A stretch of 64,000 nt of DNA from Botryllus schlosseri (lineage: Eukaryota). The notes under the pieces are model-generated. The model did not search any database, was not told the origin of the DNA, and worked only from the letters and a program-made list of their open reading frames with translations. Positions within the stretch are counted from its first letter, which is position 1, and each line of letters begins with the position of its first letter. Shown one piece after another: positions 25,745-39,200 of this stretch. The position numbers and the translations under genes are program-made. The stretch is from contig CM119373.1 of the NCBI GenBank assembly GCA_051294905.1, positions 4,404,001-4,468,000 on the forward strand, in the 5' to 3' direction.

Positions 25745-27677
25745 AGTAAAAGCCCTATCATCCCAAAGAGAATGCCCTAAGGTTTACGAATAAAACATTC
25801 TCATTGACTCATTGAAGTTGTTCAACCGACTGATCATTTTCACCCAGCGGGATATGGATGTTGCGACAAGCTTACAGTATGAGTTCAGTCCTTTCCCGCT
25901 GTCTCTGCTCAGCAACAAAAATCAGAAGATGAACAAGGCTACGAAGGCAAAATGTTCGAATACAACCTTGTAGGCCTTAACTGAACTACTTGATTTGACT
26001 AATCAACCATGCTGGACCCTCATAATTGATGGTGGATGGCTTCTGTACATGGTGAAGTGGGGTCAACGTCAGACATGACAGGAAATTGCCAACAATTACC
26101 CAAGCTACGTGCAGTATCTGGGCCGTTGCTTTCAGAATGTCATTGTGGTCTTTGATGGTTACAGCAGTTCACCACAACATACAACATGTTCTCACGGAAG
26201 ACAGCGGCAGCAGTGATAAAACCAGAGACACTGCCTCTAACAGAGGGTGCAGCTTCATAACGTTCACTTCGCGTGTACGTACCTGCAGACCAGGGATTTG
26301 ATTCTTTTACAGAACTTGTCTCCAAACCCCAGCGATTACGGATGGACAATAGGCGTGCATAGATATGAGCCTGATGAGCTATTGCAGTTCAGAAGCTATA
26401 GTTGTCACAAAGATTGCAACAACCGAATATACAGCTGCAAGAAGAATGAGGTCACGTGCATTTCAGCCTGTGGAGTATGTGAAGACCCTATAATGCAATA
26501 ATTGTAGTTACGATGATGTTGAGTCCGAAGAAGGCATAGGCAATGCCTGTTGAAATGTCTGATATTGAGCATGCGAAATAGGCTACCTCTTCAGTGAACA
26601 TAGCTATGCGAAATAAAGGCGATTTTGTGCATGAATATAAAAGTGGTTGTGGCGTTTTTTCACAAAGCAGAGCCTGTAGTGAATTATAAGTGTTAACAAT
26701 CAATTGAGAATCATGGAAAACCATTATTAAACACGTCCTAAGTTACTTATGGGCGTAAAAAATTTTTTTTATTTTTTTTTATTTTAATTCGTCAAATTCA
26801 CAAAGCAGAGCCTGTAGTGAACTATAAGTGTTAACAATCAATTGAGAATCATGGAAAACCATTGTTAAACACGTCCTAAGTTACTTATGGGCGATAAAGA
26901 TTTTTTAATTTTTTTAATTTTTTTTTAATTCCTCAAATTTAACAGCTTTTTGGGGGGGTTCCCACAAGAGTTGAACTTCAACATTTTAACACATGTTATT
27001 ACACACCTTAACAAACATATTGGTGAAGAAATTGTTTGGTAACAATATAGTTCACAGATTTTCATAAGTTTCCCTTACTATTGACCCCGTACGCCTGCTA
27101 GATTTTTTTACATCAGAAAACGACATCAATTTAATTGAATAATTGAATACGCATCATTCGCTGACTTCATGTAGAGTATTTCGCTCTTGATATTGTGTGA
27201 TTGCGGGTCCATCTCAAAGCAGAGAGTCACTAAATATTCACTAACGGAAAGCTGGATATTTCGCGCAAACTTTTGTAGCAAAGTAAGTAAAACTCTTTGA
27301 GACTGTAAAGGTGCATGCCCGTTTTGTGTTTATTTATTTTTTATGTTACCAGCTATATCTACAGAGTGGCCCGCATTTGAAATGAAATAAATTTCATACA
27401 AAGATTATATAAATAAGGGAAAATTATAGTATATGAATAAGGTTCACAGTACAGAACCTATCAGGGTTCGTTTGTGAACGTGAACCTCTAAATTTCCGAG
27501 GTTCACACACAGAACGCGAACGTGAACCTCACGTTCGCACCATCTCTTAAATTTTTTTTCTTGAGACGCACTTCAGAATGCAAATTTCCCTGGGAGCAGG
27601 GCTGAACTTGCCATAAGTTGCACACTGCACAGTCAATACAACGCATGATTCCTGTAGCCGTAGCAGATTCTATATTG

Positions 27678-29850
27678 CAGTGCTTTTCAACCTGTGTGAC
27701 GGTTCGCACTTGTGCGAATGAAAAAAATTGCAGTGCGAATGACGAAGGTGGTGCGAATAGTGCGAATGAAAATCCGGACCAAGTGCGAATGAGGAAGGTG
27801 GTGCGAATGGTGCGAATAAAATTCCGGATCAAGTGCGAATGAAAAATCGTGATTAATTGTTAATTTTTCTGACGTGGAATAATTCAAATAAACATATTAG
27901 GAAATTTAAGATCAGTGTAACATTTGTAGTTGCGACGTAATTGTAAAAACTTAATACGACGCACCACTAATCGTGGCTCTCACAAGCCGTAGTGAATTAA
28001 TATTCCCGCACTATAATCATGACGTAACCAGAAGCCTGGTTTGGAATCTGGTGTAGCGGCAGTATAGAGATCTCTACAATCTCTATAGTGGCAGACATAC
28101 AGTATATCAGCCCATCTGAGCCTGCGACAGGCTGGAAAAATGACGTCATATTGACTTTCTGCTTTCTTTCGCAAACAATCATCATATTTTCGTAATAACT
28201 GTTCGATTAGCGCGAGACACGAGGATAGTAGTAAATACGATCGTTACAGACTCACATTTGCAAGTTACTGTAACGCAAATTTTTACCCCTTTCGGGGAAT
28301 TATTAAAGTATGGACCGCAAAGGGTATAATTTTGGGTCGACACGGTGCCAGAGCTATCTGTTAATATGCATGTAATAATTATTGAATTTATTGCAAACAA
28401 TCCTGCGATCGTTTTTACATTTCCAATATCACTGTGTAGGGTAGGCTACTGTAGCCAATAAGCGAGACACGCATTAAATATGGCTTTATCATGAGAATTC
28501 ATGATAAGATTTGTCCGACACTGATTTTTTCTGGAAAACATGGTCGAAGTACAATGTTCCCTCTAATTTTTGACGAGTCTGCGCACGACCACCAAGTTAC
28601 TGCGCAGACCCTTGGACAACAGTGCGTAACGACTAAAATAAAGGTCATCACTTCGGATTTTTCGTGCGCAACGGAGATTTTCTGTGCGCAGAGACCGTTT
28701 CAGCACTGCGCATTTGCGCACGTGCGCAGCTTAGAGGGAACATTGGTCGAAGACCGTTGGGATGTACTAGTGTAGGGGTGTGCAACGAGCGAGTTCAGGC
28801 CTATGAGACTCATTCATTTCGAGGTCAACCCCTTTTGCGTCGGGGCACATGAAGACGTAAAGTTGTGGCGAAAAACCGCTGATAAAATGCGGTGCAGAAA
28901 ACAAAAGCGGCGACAAACCCTTGTTCTAAAAATGACGGATGCTGGATGGCTAACTCTTTCGAGATGGATTGGATATGTTGCGTTGTCGGCACGGAATAGT
29001 CCCGTTCTTGAAATCGCGTTCGTCAGACATGTTTTGTAGGGCTGTGTTTGGTAGAATTGTGGTGTGCGGGTTCTGTATGTCATACATGTACGTAAAATCG
29101 TAGCATACCACTGCAATATTAAAAATATGTTCCTTTTCATGGGTGAGGCTCGGGTCGCGAAATGTCACAAAAACTCAGATTTTAGTGGTAGTCTAAAAGC
29201 GGCTTTACCGTTATTATACTGTTATGAATTCTCAAGTTAGATTGAGCTATAGAGTAGAACACACAGTATCGTGAGTTATTTGCTCTCCTCGCTAACTTGC
29301 GAGACAGAAGTTGGAGCAACGTATCATCAGGTAGCGAGCTCTAATGTGCCTACTCTGATCGTTTTGCACCTTATGTTCCAAAGACACAAGGCAAAAGCCT
29401 CAACATAAACATCTGGGTTTTTCATCCTGTCGACAAACTGGAGCCTCCGGGACCTTTGTGTCAGCTCTCAAAAACGATTTCTGCCAGCAAGCATTTTTCA
29501 CTCGCGAAAAATACGCTGTATTTTGGATAGGAGTGCAGAACAGATTATAAGACCTGGCCAACCAAGCACTAGTAGACGTTCTTGTACAAATCCCCAACAA
29601 CATTGTTTGGCCGAGAAGGGTTTTAGTGAAATACTTGAAAGCAAAACGAGCGAAAAAAGTTGCCTTTTTGCTGAGATGCTTGATAGCATGAGCTACATAG
29701 TAGCCAGTTTTTTGCCAATCTGAACAAAATATTGTTAAGTAGGCCTATCTTCATCTTCTTTTTGTACAATAATTCTCGATTAGTTTGTGCGAATGAAATT
29801 TATTTTACAAAAAAAGTGCGAACGGAGCTCAAAAAGGTTGAAAAGCACTG
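27678..29850. mobile_element. Non-autonomous hAT element with GTGCGAAT subterminal repeats; contains a nested MITE at 28552-28745
   Basis: TIR CAGTGCTTTTCAACC/GGTTGAAAAGCACTG; perfect TSD CTATATTG; nested CAATGTTCCCTCTAA...TTAGAGGGAACATTG. Confidence 0.85.
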
Positions 29851-30254
29851 CTATATTGGATCAAATTGCTGTGAATATTCTCTGTAGGATATACTCTTCA
29901 TCACGACCAAAACATATCAGGTCGCCAGATGTTGGGTCACGACAACTGTGGTATATGAATAATAAATTATATATATTAAATGACTTCATTACACTGGGAA
30001 GACACAGACGAATGTGGACACATTACATTTAAATTATACGAAGTTACTCGAATCAGAATGAGTGTTAATATACGCCGCTTGAATGAATCAGGCCGTCATG
30101 GTGTGAGCGCGGCCTACTATTGCATTAGTGATGAGTGCTGTGAATACCGCGAGTGTAGTATTGTGTTCATACCAGGAAGTGATAATTCGCGAGGTGTGTA
30201 TAATTGCATCACATAATGTCGCGGGAAAATCAGTAGAATCAGAGGCTAGTTATC

Positions 30255-33200
30255 ATGCCTATGACAGGGATTTTATTGCGAAGAATCTGGCAATGGGCAT
30301 TTGTGATTGTGTTTCTCGGAGAAATGGGTAATGTTTTCACGTTTTTATTCTCAATGTAATGTCCTCTGCCTTGGTACGACAGTAAACTTCTAGACTACCC
30401 AGTTAAAACATCCAATGCGAGTCGAATGTACCGTATCTTCTGTAACAGAATCACTAACACAAGGTCGTACGATCGATTGCTTCCTTAAAGAGGGTATATA
30501 GACATAAGTCGGTCAGATTTCGGAATATATGGTATAAATACAGAAGCAAGGCATATACGAAGAAATAATAATAATTGACATTAATTGCCAGACCTTACAT
30601 ATCAGAGTCAAAATATACCAACGTAAATGTTTGAAATTAATAATGCATTAAAGTTGCATACTAATTTACTGTACGAGTACGCATGATATTCTGCAATATC
30701 ATACTTGAAATGATCAAAAACGTTTTGTGAAAGTGCGGTAATAGATTATAATATGGGCATCACAGATCAGCACTTTGGCCCCGTGCCTGAATATGACAGA
30801 TTAAACGCATACCAGTTTTGCTCGTCATTGAAGTATCAGCCATAGCCTGATGGTAATTGAGTAATTGTCGTCAATACCCACGATTACAGGCATTTTCAGG
30901 TTGTCGTAATCGATTACTTCGCCATTTTGCTGTATTCGAATTCGTAATCGTGTGATTCAGAAGTAATCCTAGTCGCAAAAAATTACATTGCTGAAGTTGA
31001 TTACGCCATGTCAGCTGATGAGGATAAATGTATCTTATTGATGCATCGCAGCAACCACAACTACACCATTAAATCCTAAGTGAGAGAGTAACCGTATGTA
31101 TAGCCTCTGTTGAATAATATAGATTTACATTTTCGTTGGTATTCACATTTTGACTTTAGTTGGGAGATAGCGCAGTGGTATAATCCACAGCTGCTACATA
31201 AATGGGTTGCGATTTCGAGTCCGACCGAGGTCAGTTCCAGAATCCCTATACCTTAGTGTTGGATGTTTACCTGGGCTCCTCCTCCTCATCCTGTCCGTGT
31301 AAGCCGTGTCAGACTAGAAGTGGGCCGAGCTAAAAGTCGGCAGCTACGGAATTAAAATGAAGAAAATTGGCCTGGTGTAAAGACCATAGTAGTGGACCAA
31401 TACCACGAATTTCACAAACAACAACAACGTGTTGAATGTAGAATTGGATGCAAATACAAGCTGCCGTCAGGTGTTCTCGTGCGCCAACTTGGTCCTACTT
31501 TATGAAATCGAATGACGTGTTTATGTTAGCTATGCAAGCTTTTACGGCATCACCAATGACATATGAACGAGCACTGAGTGTGTGTGTATGTACCAGACGT
31601 ACGTATATCAGGTACAGATTACGTACACAAATCGGTAGGCAGAAGAATGTGACTTGAACCGATTTCGCATTTGCTGAGTATGTTGTTTATATTTCGCGTG
31701 GGCTACCATGACACCTTGATCGACTCAGTCATTTAAATACCTAAGAGCCGGAGATGTTTCCACATAAGCTCATAATTTTTATTGAATTGAGTGTGTAATA
31801 TTTCAAAACGCGAAAGGCATAATACTTCATGATAGAAACTAGGATATCGAGTGTCCGTAACGAGATAATATGTCTCGGGAAAACATGAAGACATATGACG
31901 AAATGTGATTGCATAAATAAAAAAGGCATACCCGTTTATGTTGAGATTGAATTTAGCACTATTCTCTCCTCTCACTTCCTAGCATAATTCGATACCTGTA
32001 TTTGTAACAACTCACTTTTTTCAGGTCGAGTTGCTACGTCCGCAGAATACAAGTACCACAAAGAATTCAACATTGTGAGTATTTGTAAATTACTTGAGTC
32101 GTAAGAAAAACAATCCCCTTTTTAGTACATATCAACTAGGGATGGTGTGAACGCGAGGTTCACGTTCGCGTTCTGTGTGTGAACCTCGGGAATTTAGAGG
32201 TTCGCGTTCACAACAGAACCTTGGTAGGTTCTGCACTGTGAACCTTTCTCATATATTACAATTTTCACTTCATTATAACATCTTTGGTTCAAATTCATTT
32301 CATTTCAACTGCGGGCCACTCTATACATGGCTCTGACAGCATTAAAAATCAACACTAAACGAGCACTTTGGCAATCTCAAAAGTTTTACTTGCTTTGTTA
32401 CAAAAGTTTGCTTGAAATATCCAGCTTTCCGTTTGTGAATATTTAGTGACCCTCGGCTGTGAGCTAGACCCGCAATCACACAACATCACGAGCGACATAT
32501 GTAGTCAGCAGCGAATTATGCCTATTTAACAAATCAATGAGATTGATATCGTTTCTGATGTAAAAATATAGCCGGCGTACGGGGTCAATTTTGACTTCAT
32601 ATCTTTACTGCATCATTAATACCAAATCCGTGCGATTGGGGTGTTGGCTACGGCTGTATAATTTGTCGATAGGGTAATATCGGTAGCAAAGGATCCCATT
32701 TTGCACTCTGCTCAATATCAATGTAGCAATACTCAGACGCCGAATAGGCCTACATTGTCCGGTCTGGCCTAGACCGTTAAGGCGAAGGCTTTTATTCCCT
32801 GGTAAGTCTTCGTCGAAATTGTTGGCAAAGCGACGGAAGATATTGATTTTATGGGAGTATTATATCCTTTGATTGCCTTAGTTGATACATTTAGCTACGT
32901 TTAAAACGCCAATATGTACTTCAGCATTGTGGCATTATGTGGCCCGAGTCATCGCTAGGTATCGCGTACATTAATATAGGCTATCACTTCATTGAAAGAC
33001 AGGGTTGAATTAGCAATATGACGTCACGTGACGTCATGAAGTTCACGTTCGCGTTCACACAGAACCTTTTAAAAAAGGTTCGCGTTCACACGAACCTGAA
33101 CCTTTCAGAGGTTCACACCATCCCTAATATCAACGCACCTAATGAATCATTCACCGCATGAACTCTATATCCCTTTCGAAATATTCAGCAAATTTGCTGT

Positions 33201-36200
33201 CATTTCCAACTTTCTGTAAAAATATCTATATTTCCGACAGGATCTTAACGGTGAGAATACCCTTGCTATAACACAACAAAAATGACGGAGCAAGTAATTA
33301 GGAGGGTATCCGGCGATGGCGTTACCCGTAAATGACCTGTGGCAATCGTGACTCGTGCAGCAGCTGGTAACTTTATACTACAGGCGGAAGAAAATCATAT
33401 ATGGTAGTAAATATTATTTTCAATCATGCTTTGGAAGTATACATTTGGGTGGATTACTTCTAATGCTGAAACCAGTTATTTGAGCATGGATCTTAACCTG
33501 GGGTCCATAAATTCCTTGGGGGTCAAAGTTTAGTTCTTTTGGTCACCCTGCAGAAGCGGCGGTTCTAAATGATTCGATTTGTAAATGGTTCGCGACCCAC
33601 CTCTCAATTCGACGTGCTGATTTAAAGAAAAAAGATTCCCCGTCGCCCAGACTCGCGAACAGCTTGTATGTGAAGCTGGCGACTAACTGCGGAGTATTAG
33701 CAATTATGAAAATATGAAAAACTCAACCTGCGTCTATCAAGACTATAGCAACGTATTTGGCGGTTGGAATAATTTATTGCTATTTCTGTCCAATTGAAAC
33801 AGTCAATTAGTGCTTGCGTCACGCGAAACAGAGATAACGATATAAAAGTTTTTCGGCCGCGCCGAACGTGTATGTATGTATAATGTTTACATATGACACT
33901 ATCGGCTCCATAGTCGTTTTCGTGCAGGAAGAAAGTTTCTTTATAATGATATCTATGCCCCTGGTCCTTTAATCTTTATGTAGTGATTGTCAGACACCAT
34001 TCTTACGTTATAGTATATGTGCCGCTGAAATGTTGCCGCGATTGATCTGCTGATATCTTATTGCCAGGATCGCATTCCTCAAAGGTCGTTTCGTTTCAGT
34101 TTTGAAAAATGAGCTGAAATGTTCAGAAATTAGCTGCCCAAAACATTCGGTTCAATAGCATTCTCGTAATAGTCATTATTACGGCTCTTCAAGATCAACT
34201 CGAATTACGTAGCAAGGCTCCCGGTAGTCAACGCGTACCACAACCAAATCCACACTGATATATCCTTCAATATATTGGTTGACTAAAGCCAAGGCGCATG
34301 AATCTTCTTTTTGCAGTGGAAATACGGAAGTGATACGGTGAACTAAAAGTTACACAAAAACAGAATCAATACTAGCCTACTGCGTCCTACCTAACAATGT
34401 GAATCGTACCAATTTATTCCGGCAACAATCCTACACTAACATCATTGATCTTAATTACTAATTATGCCTGTAGAAAGGTAAACAATTACTAGATATGCCA
34501 ATTAAATATGAACAACAGCAAACCAAGAGCACGGCTTACATCAGGATCACACGCATGGCTTGGTACTTCTAAACAACGATGGTACGCTATCGTTACATTC
34601 CCCCCTAGAAATGACTGCATTTCTAAATAACATCAACACCAAAAAATCAAACAGTTTAACAGTAAACAAAAAAGGCTCCTCGTCGGACTATAGTTCGGTT
34701 CTTCTGCCTTCTTCAGTAAAATAAACTTCTGAATCGGTCGCTCTAGAAGCAAGGCATCTTTCGTTCTTCTGCCCTTAGAATCAAGAGCGGAGTTTGCGAC
34801 ACGACACAAAAGTCTGCGAACATGTCCATCTTCATTCGGGTAAACCTTAGTGTTGTTGGGAGCAAACTTCGTGAGATTAAAACCTCCTCTTTTACAAACT
34901 TCTTTACAGGACTTCGTCAACAATAAACTTTCCGAAATGGAATCACAGCTGGCAAGAATATCGTCCACATATGAACTTGATATTATCACTTTGGCTACAT
35001 CAGCACCAAACTCCTCTGCATTGTCCTCGGCAGTCTTCTTCAGAGCAAATATACTACAGCCAGGTGACGAAGAGACACCAAATAAATGTACAGTCATTCT
35101 GTATTCTTCAGGATCCCTGCTCATATCTCCATTTTCCCACCAGAGGAAGCGAAATAAGTCTCGATATTCTGGTTTCAGATGAACCGAATAAAACATCTGC
35201 TCAATGTCCGCAGTGAAGCAATACAATCCTTTGCGGAATCTTAACATGACTCCAATTATGGAATTCGTCAAACATGGTCCTGGAAGCAAGAGATCATTCA
35301 GACATTCTCCCTGATACTTTGCGCTTCCATCGTACACAACTCGAATTTTATTCGGTTTTGTAGGATGGTAGACTCCATGATGAATCAAATACCAGGTCTG
35401 TCCAGGAGTCCCGCGATCATCTTTCTGAACTTTCTCAGCATAACCTTTACTAATGATCTTCTCCATGAACTTACAGTAGTCATGTTTATACTTCGGATTT
35501 TGAGACATTTTCTTCTTCACTGCCTGCAATCGTTTGATGGCAAGTGGTTTGTTGTTACGAATTTTCGGCTCACTACGAAATGGTAATGGTAGCTCATAAT
35601 GTCCAGTTGCCGTCTTCTCTATTCCATTTTCACAAATTCTCAAAAACTTCTTGTCTTCTATAGATATTGGCTTGTCTGAAAGGCTGGCTGACATGATGCC
35701 AGGTTTTAAAGAAATTTCTGAAAAATCTTGTTCAAAGCATTTCAGCACCGTCACTGGATTAATCAATTCTTTAGTCTGATGAATTGGCACAAAACTTGGA
35801 TTGTTAACATTGTGACTCACAATGCGATAACAATGCAGAGTGCTTGGACATGATTTTGTTACAAGGCCAACTATACTCCATCCCAACACTGATTTAATAG
35901 CATAGCTGTTGGACTCTTCATCAGTGATAACTTCCATGGGACTCAGAGCCTCGATGCAATCTGTGCCTATCAGAATGTCAACATCAATATTGGAATCAAA
36001 TTCCACACATTCACTCATTATGCCTTGGTACATAGGGCAATCTTTGATCATAGACCTTGACACTACTTGTTCAGTGCTTACAGGAATCTCATCAGTAGAA
36101 TAACACGATGGTAAATCAATATAAGGTCCGCCCAATCCTCTCACTCTCAACCCCTTTACTTTCCGAGCCGCAGCCATAGTAACGTTATAAAGAGTAGTGA

Positions 36201-39200
36201 TACGAAGATTTACATCATGTGATTCAGCATCAAACATGTCCATCAACTTCTCAGAGATGAAGGTGCAATCACTGTGTTCATCCAAAGCACAATACGTTTT
36301 GATCTCCTTTTCTGGATGCAGCGCATCTTGAATCCAAACCGGCACGATTCTTGTCGACTTGACCCGATCTATTCCAGTCATGAGACAATTTGCGGAACTT
36401 GTCTTCTGCTTACTTATAGCAGGTCTTGACTCTGGAGTAGATCTCTGCATAACTTCCTTGTCGGTACTGTCCCTATGGAGAACTGTCGGGTGAACCTTGT
36501 TGCATACTTCACATCTGAGTCTATGTCTGCAGACCTTTGTGATATGATTCTGCTTTAAACACCCGAAGCAGAGTCTTTTCTCATGAAGGAACTGAATCTT
36601 TGTTGCATGTTCTGCATCTTTGAAACTGGCACATTTGAATAATCCATGTTGGCCATGACAGTAGAGACAGTTCAATTCCTTTCTGGATTCACTTCCAAAC
36701 TTAGGTGCACTCTCTTGCTTACCATCGCTGTCGACTTGGTCACATGAATTCGTAGCGAATGTACGATTGTACGTGCACTTTTATAATCCTTCTTGTAAGG
36801 AGCGTGAATCTTCCTGTTCTCTGCCACAATCTGGTTCAAGATAGCAGTGCCATAAACAGGCTGCGTAGCAACCTTTGCTTCCTTTCTGACATGATCACAT
36901 AACATCAAAAATGTTGCAGAACTGGAGAGAGCAATTCTGTTACGATTACATTCATTTGCTTCAGCGACAAGGTTATGACCATTAGCAGATTCCTTGGCTT
37001 CTGCAATGATTCTGGACCAATTATCTCTCTGAGCTGCAGACAACTTAGATAAAATACTTTGATTGACCTTCTCATCATTTATAGACAAGTACTTGGAATT
37101 TGTCATTAAAGTCTTGCAGCTGGTCAGGAAACTTGAAAATTGTCTGAGTCCCTTACCTCCATCTGTTGTAGAGATCACAGGCCATTCTAGTATCTTCATT
37201 CTGTAACTGTTGTTAATCGCATCAGGATCCCCATACCAATCTTCCAAAATTTGCTGTGCTTCATTGTAACTTTCTGTTGTAGGATTCACAAGAAACGTAT
37301 TAATATGCTGATTTGCTTCTCCTGCAGTGTATTTATTCAAGTAACTCAGCCGTCTACTTGGATCCTTCATGTTTCTTTCAATCAATTCTGTGAAACGAGT
37401 CTTCCATACAGGATACTCCAATATGTCGCCACGGAATACCTTTGGCTCCTCACATGGCAGGATCGGCATAGATTTCTGATACTGTTTACTCGGTTCAACA
37501 GGTGAATCAACTTCTAGAGATACTTTGCGAGCAACAGGACGTGATGCAATCAATGGTTCGTTGAACACAGCACATGGAGATGGAGAAAAAGGTGTAGACT
37601 GTGGGTTTAATCTAGTAACCGATGGCACTTGAGTACCTGAAATTTCGATCGGAACAGGAGCCACTTACAATGACCTGGATACAGTGTTCAAAGTCGGCTT
37701 CGGTGTAGGCACCATTAGCGGATTCATAGTCTCCATTGCTAAATCAGGTCCATGATCAACATCTGCTAGGATCCGTTCACGGACACGAGCTTTGTCCCTT
37801 TCTCTCTGCAACTTTAAATGCTCCATCTGTTGCTTAATCCTGGTTTGAGAAGCATCAAGTTCAGCTCGTAATCGTCTGTTATCTGCTTCCAATTCCTCTT
37901 TTTTCTGTTCTTCTAACACAAGCTTCCGGCTTAATTCGTTTTCAGCTGCTGAATACCGTAGGTCTACATCTAACGCAGCTCTTACAGCAGCTGCTTCTGA
38001 ACGTTGTTGCTTTATTGAGGAAGCATTGGACCTACGAGAACGTATTGAACGTTTACCTTTGGACGAGCTTGAACGGGAGGATCTCATGGAAATTGAATCT
38101 GATTCTTCTGCTTCGACACGATGGATAGTTTCATTTAGCGAGTTCACTGCTTCATTGTACCTCTCATTTGCTCGAGCAAATTGACTATTTGCATCTTCAA
38201 TATCATCTGGCTCAATAAGCTTAGTCATATACGTCTGATGAGCATCAGAAAATTCCTTGAAAGCATCAGTCAGTTTTATTTTTCCTTGTTTAAGTATGTG
38301 TAGCTCGGCTCCTGATACCAGGCTTAGCACTTCAGTGGTCGTCTTTGTCAGAGCCAAACGTGTTGACTTGACCTTATCTCGGCACATAGCAATAGCATAT
38401 TCAGTACCTTTTTCTGTTGGAGTTCTCTTGCGTCCTTCTTGGACGTCTGCTTCAGACACTTCCTGGTTACTTGTTCCCACTAATTCACTTGAGGGAATTG
38501 CATCTTCAGGTTCCTGACGGGCAGGAGCCTCTGTAATTGGATCATCACTATCAAGCATTTTGATTCCTTCCTTACGGCTCAATAATGATGTCATGAATCT
38601 TTACAGTTTAACTCCACCTTCCTTCGGAATGCAAAACCTTCACCAAGCTTGGAATGACTTGAAAACGTCCTCTATTGTTGTGAATTGTTCACACTTGTTC
38701 ACTGTAGATTGTTCAGTAAATTGTTCCCTAAATTGTTCACTATTACGGCTCTTCAAGATCAACTCGAATTACGTAGCAAGGCTCCCGGTAGTCAACGCGT
38801 ACCACAACCAAATCCACACTGATATATCCTTCAATATATTCGTTGACTAAAGCCAAGGCGCATGAATCTTCTTTTTGCAGTGGAAATACGGGAGTGATAC
38901 GGTGAACTAAAAGTTACACAAAAACAGAATCAATACTAGCCTACTGCGTCCTATCTAACAATGTGAATCTTACCAATTTATTCCGGCAACAATCCCACAC
39001 TAACCTCATTGATCTTAATTACTAATTATGCCTGTAGAAAGGTAAACAATTACTAGATATGCCAATTAAATATGAACAACAGCAAACCAAGAGCACGGCT
39101 TACATCAGGATCACACGCATGGCTTGGTACTTCTAAACAACGATGGTACGCTATCGTTACAGTCATCGGTTTTTAATCTTCGTACACGCCATCCCCGTAA

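Larger units (their letters stand above)
22358..27080 (+). mobile_element. Decayed Academ-type DNA transposon
   Basis: Long (~300 bp) TIRs starting TAGTAAGGG and ending CCCTTACTA; 3-bp TSD TTG; frameshifted transposase motifs (WNGWM...IEFLPFIEGDP; IPRLSGFHLLKSYLGPIG...SGL) and a C-terminal Cys-rich finger (SCHKDCNNRIYSCKKNEVTCISACGVC). Confidence 0.8.
21835..27548 (-). mobile_element. ~1-kb hAT MITE (TAGGGATGGTGTGAAC family) split by the Academ insertion
   Basis: Reverse-complement match to the copies at 32137-33126 and 56644-57644; interrupted at GTCAAATTG|TTGACCCC. Confidence 0.8.
34177..39161 (-). mobile_element. BEL/Pao LTR retrotransposon, internally deleted (no RNase H or integrase core)
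   Basis: 421-bp LTRs at 34177-34597 and 38741-39161 (6 mismatches counted by eye); 5-bp TSD GTCAT; PPT AGGGGGGAA next to the 3' LTR; gag-pol ORFs between. Confidence 0.95.

Noticed and set aside
31162..31235. Genuine tRNA gene
   Set aside because: No clean cloverleaf; it continues into a shared body and (CAA)n tail, so it is a SINE head.
37665..37667. Programmed stop-codon readthrough in BEL gag
   Set aside because: Mid-gag position and other lesions in the element make a simple nonsense mutation more likely.
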